Shown piece after piece: positions 63,286-64,000 of a stretch of DNA of 64,000 bases. Under the pieces are notes generated by a model, which did not search any database, was not told the origin of the DNA, and worked only from the letters and a program-made list of their open reading frames with translations. The position numbers and the translations under genes were made by a program. Within the stretch, counting starts at the first letter, position 1; each line of letters starts with the position of its first letter. Source of the stretch: Octopus bimaculoides. Taxonomy: Eukaryota. The stretch covers positions 65,930,211 to 65,994,210 of the forward strand of contig NC_068984.1 in NCBI RefSeq assembly GCF_001194135.2, read 5' to 3'.

Positions 63286-64000
63286 ACAAAATGATATAGA
63301 CAAAAGGACATTAAAATATTGCTAATGATAAAAATGAACTGCATCCATGATATATTATAAAATTAACTGCATATGTATTCATGAGAAAAGAGAAAAGTTA
63401 TAGTTTGTGGAGAAGATATAGCTAATTTAGAGCAAAAATTGTATTTAGCAAAAGAAACTTTCCTGGAGTGAAAGAGAAAAGTAGCAACTAAAAAAGAAAA
63501 TAGAAGATACAGAAAGAGAATGCATGACTTTTCATCTTTAGTTTTAACTGAGAATTATAACAAAAGATAACAAGAAACAAACATGCCCGATTTTGTACCT
63601 GCCTATTTCATTCTGTAATTCCCATTCTACTTGACTTTACCCAGATACTGACCAGTGAAAATGTTTTAATGATATTCATGGTATAGTGTCTTACAATTCC
63701 AGATTCATGATTATCTCACCAAATAAACTAGAAGAAATGAATAAGTATTTATATACAAAAGTCTTTCAAGTTAGATATAATAAATATATTAAGTTGTAAG
63801 TTAATTTCTTTTGCTTTGCTCATGTTTATTTTATAACTAATAGAAAAATAAACTATTCTAACTTATATAGAATATTAAACTTTAAATAAGTTTCACACAG
63901 GTGATCCAAGCTAAGAATAATGCCATTAATAGAAAATTGTTCAATGATTTTTCAAATTATGCAAGCTTCATAACCAATCTGATTCAGAGTCACAGTTGAG

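Noticed and set aside
1-64000. CRISPR arrays, rRNA, prokaryotic operons or an intact transposase/RT gene
   Set aside because: There are no regularly spaced repeat-spacer arrays, no rRNA motifs and no long ORF. All retroelement coding remnants are truncated or interrupted.

Overview
AT-rich, repeat-dense eukaryotic genomic DNA with nine N-gaps (6103-6250, 8687-8818, 24840-25243, 34144-34322, 34994-35003, 41489-41498, ~57010-57406, 58739-59162, 62260-62321), most of them next to (TA)n tracts. The repeat families resemble those I recall from octopus genomes, so a cephalopod origin is an inference. They are RTE-clade LINE 3' ends with (GAT)n tails, tRNA-derived CORE-like and Meta-like SINEs, and small DNA-transposon MITEs. 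I cannot support any protein-coding gene. The listed ORFs are antisense or off-frame readings of repeats, microsatellites or gaps, and only isolated splice-site-bounded candidates remain, so the window is probably intronic or intergenic. I saw no rRNA, intact tRNA gene or CRISPR array. The most unusual object is at ~16033-16470: a tRNA-like Pol III head, an (AAT)n spacer and a terminal module, bracketed by an inverted copy of that module. Each arm carries a decayed minimal type-I hammerhead ribozyme motif of the kind found in Penelope-like retroelements, which suggests a SINE-like element mobilised by a Penelope-type reverse transcriptase. Other notable items are a 61-nt pre-miRNA-like hairpin (33243-33303), a young GG-ended TIR element with a perfect 8-bp target-site duplication (24533-25266), and a young RTE subfamily (two copies identical over 99 bp).
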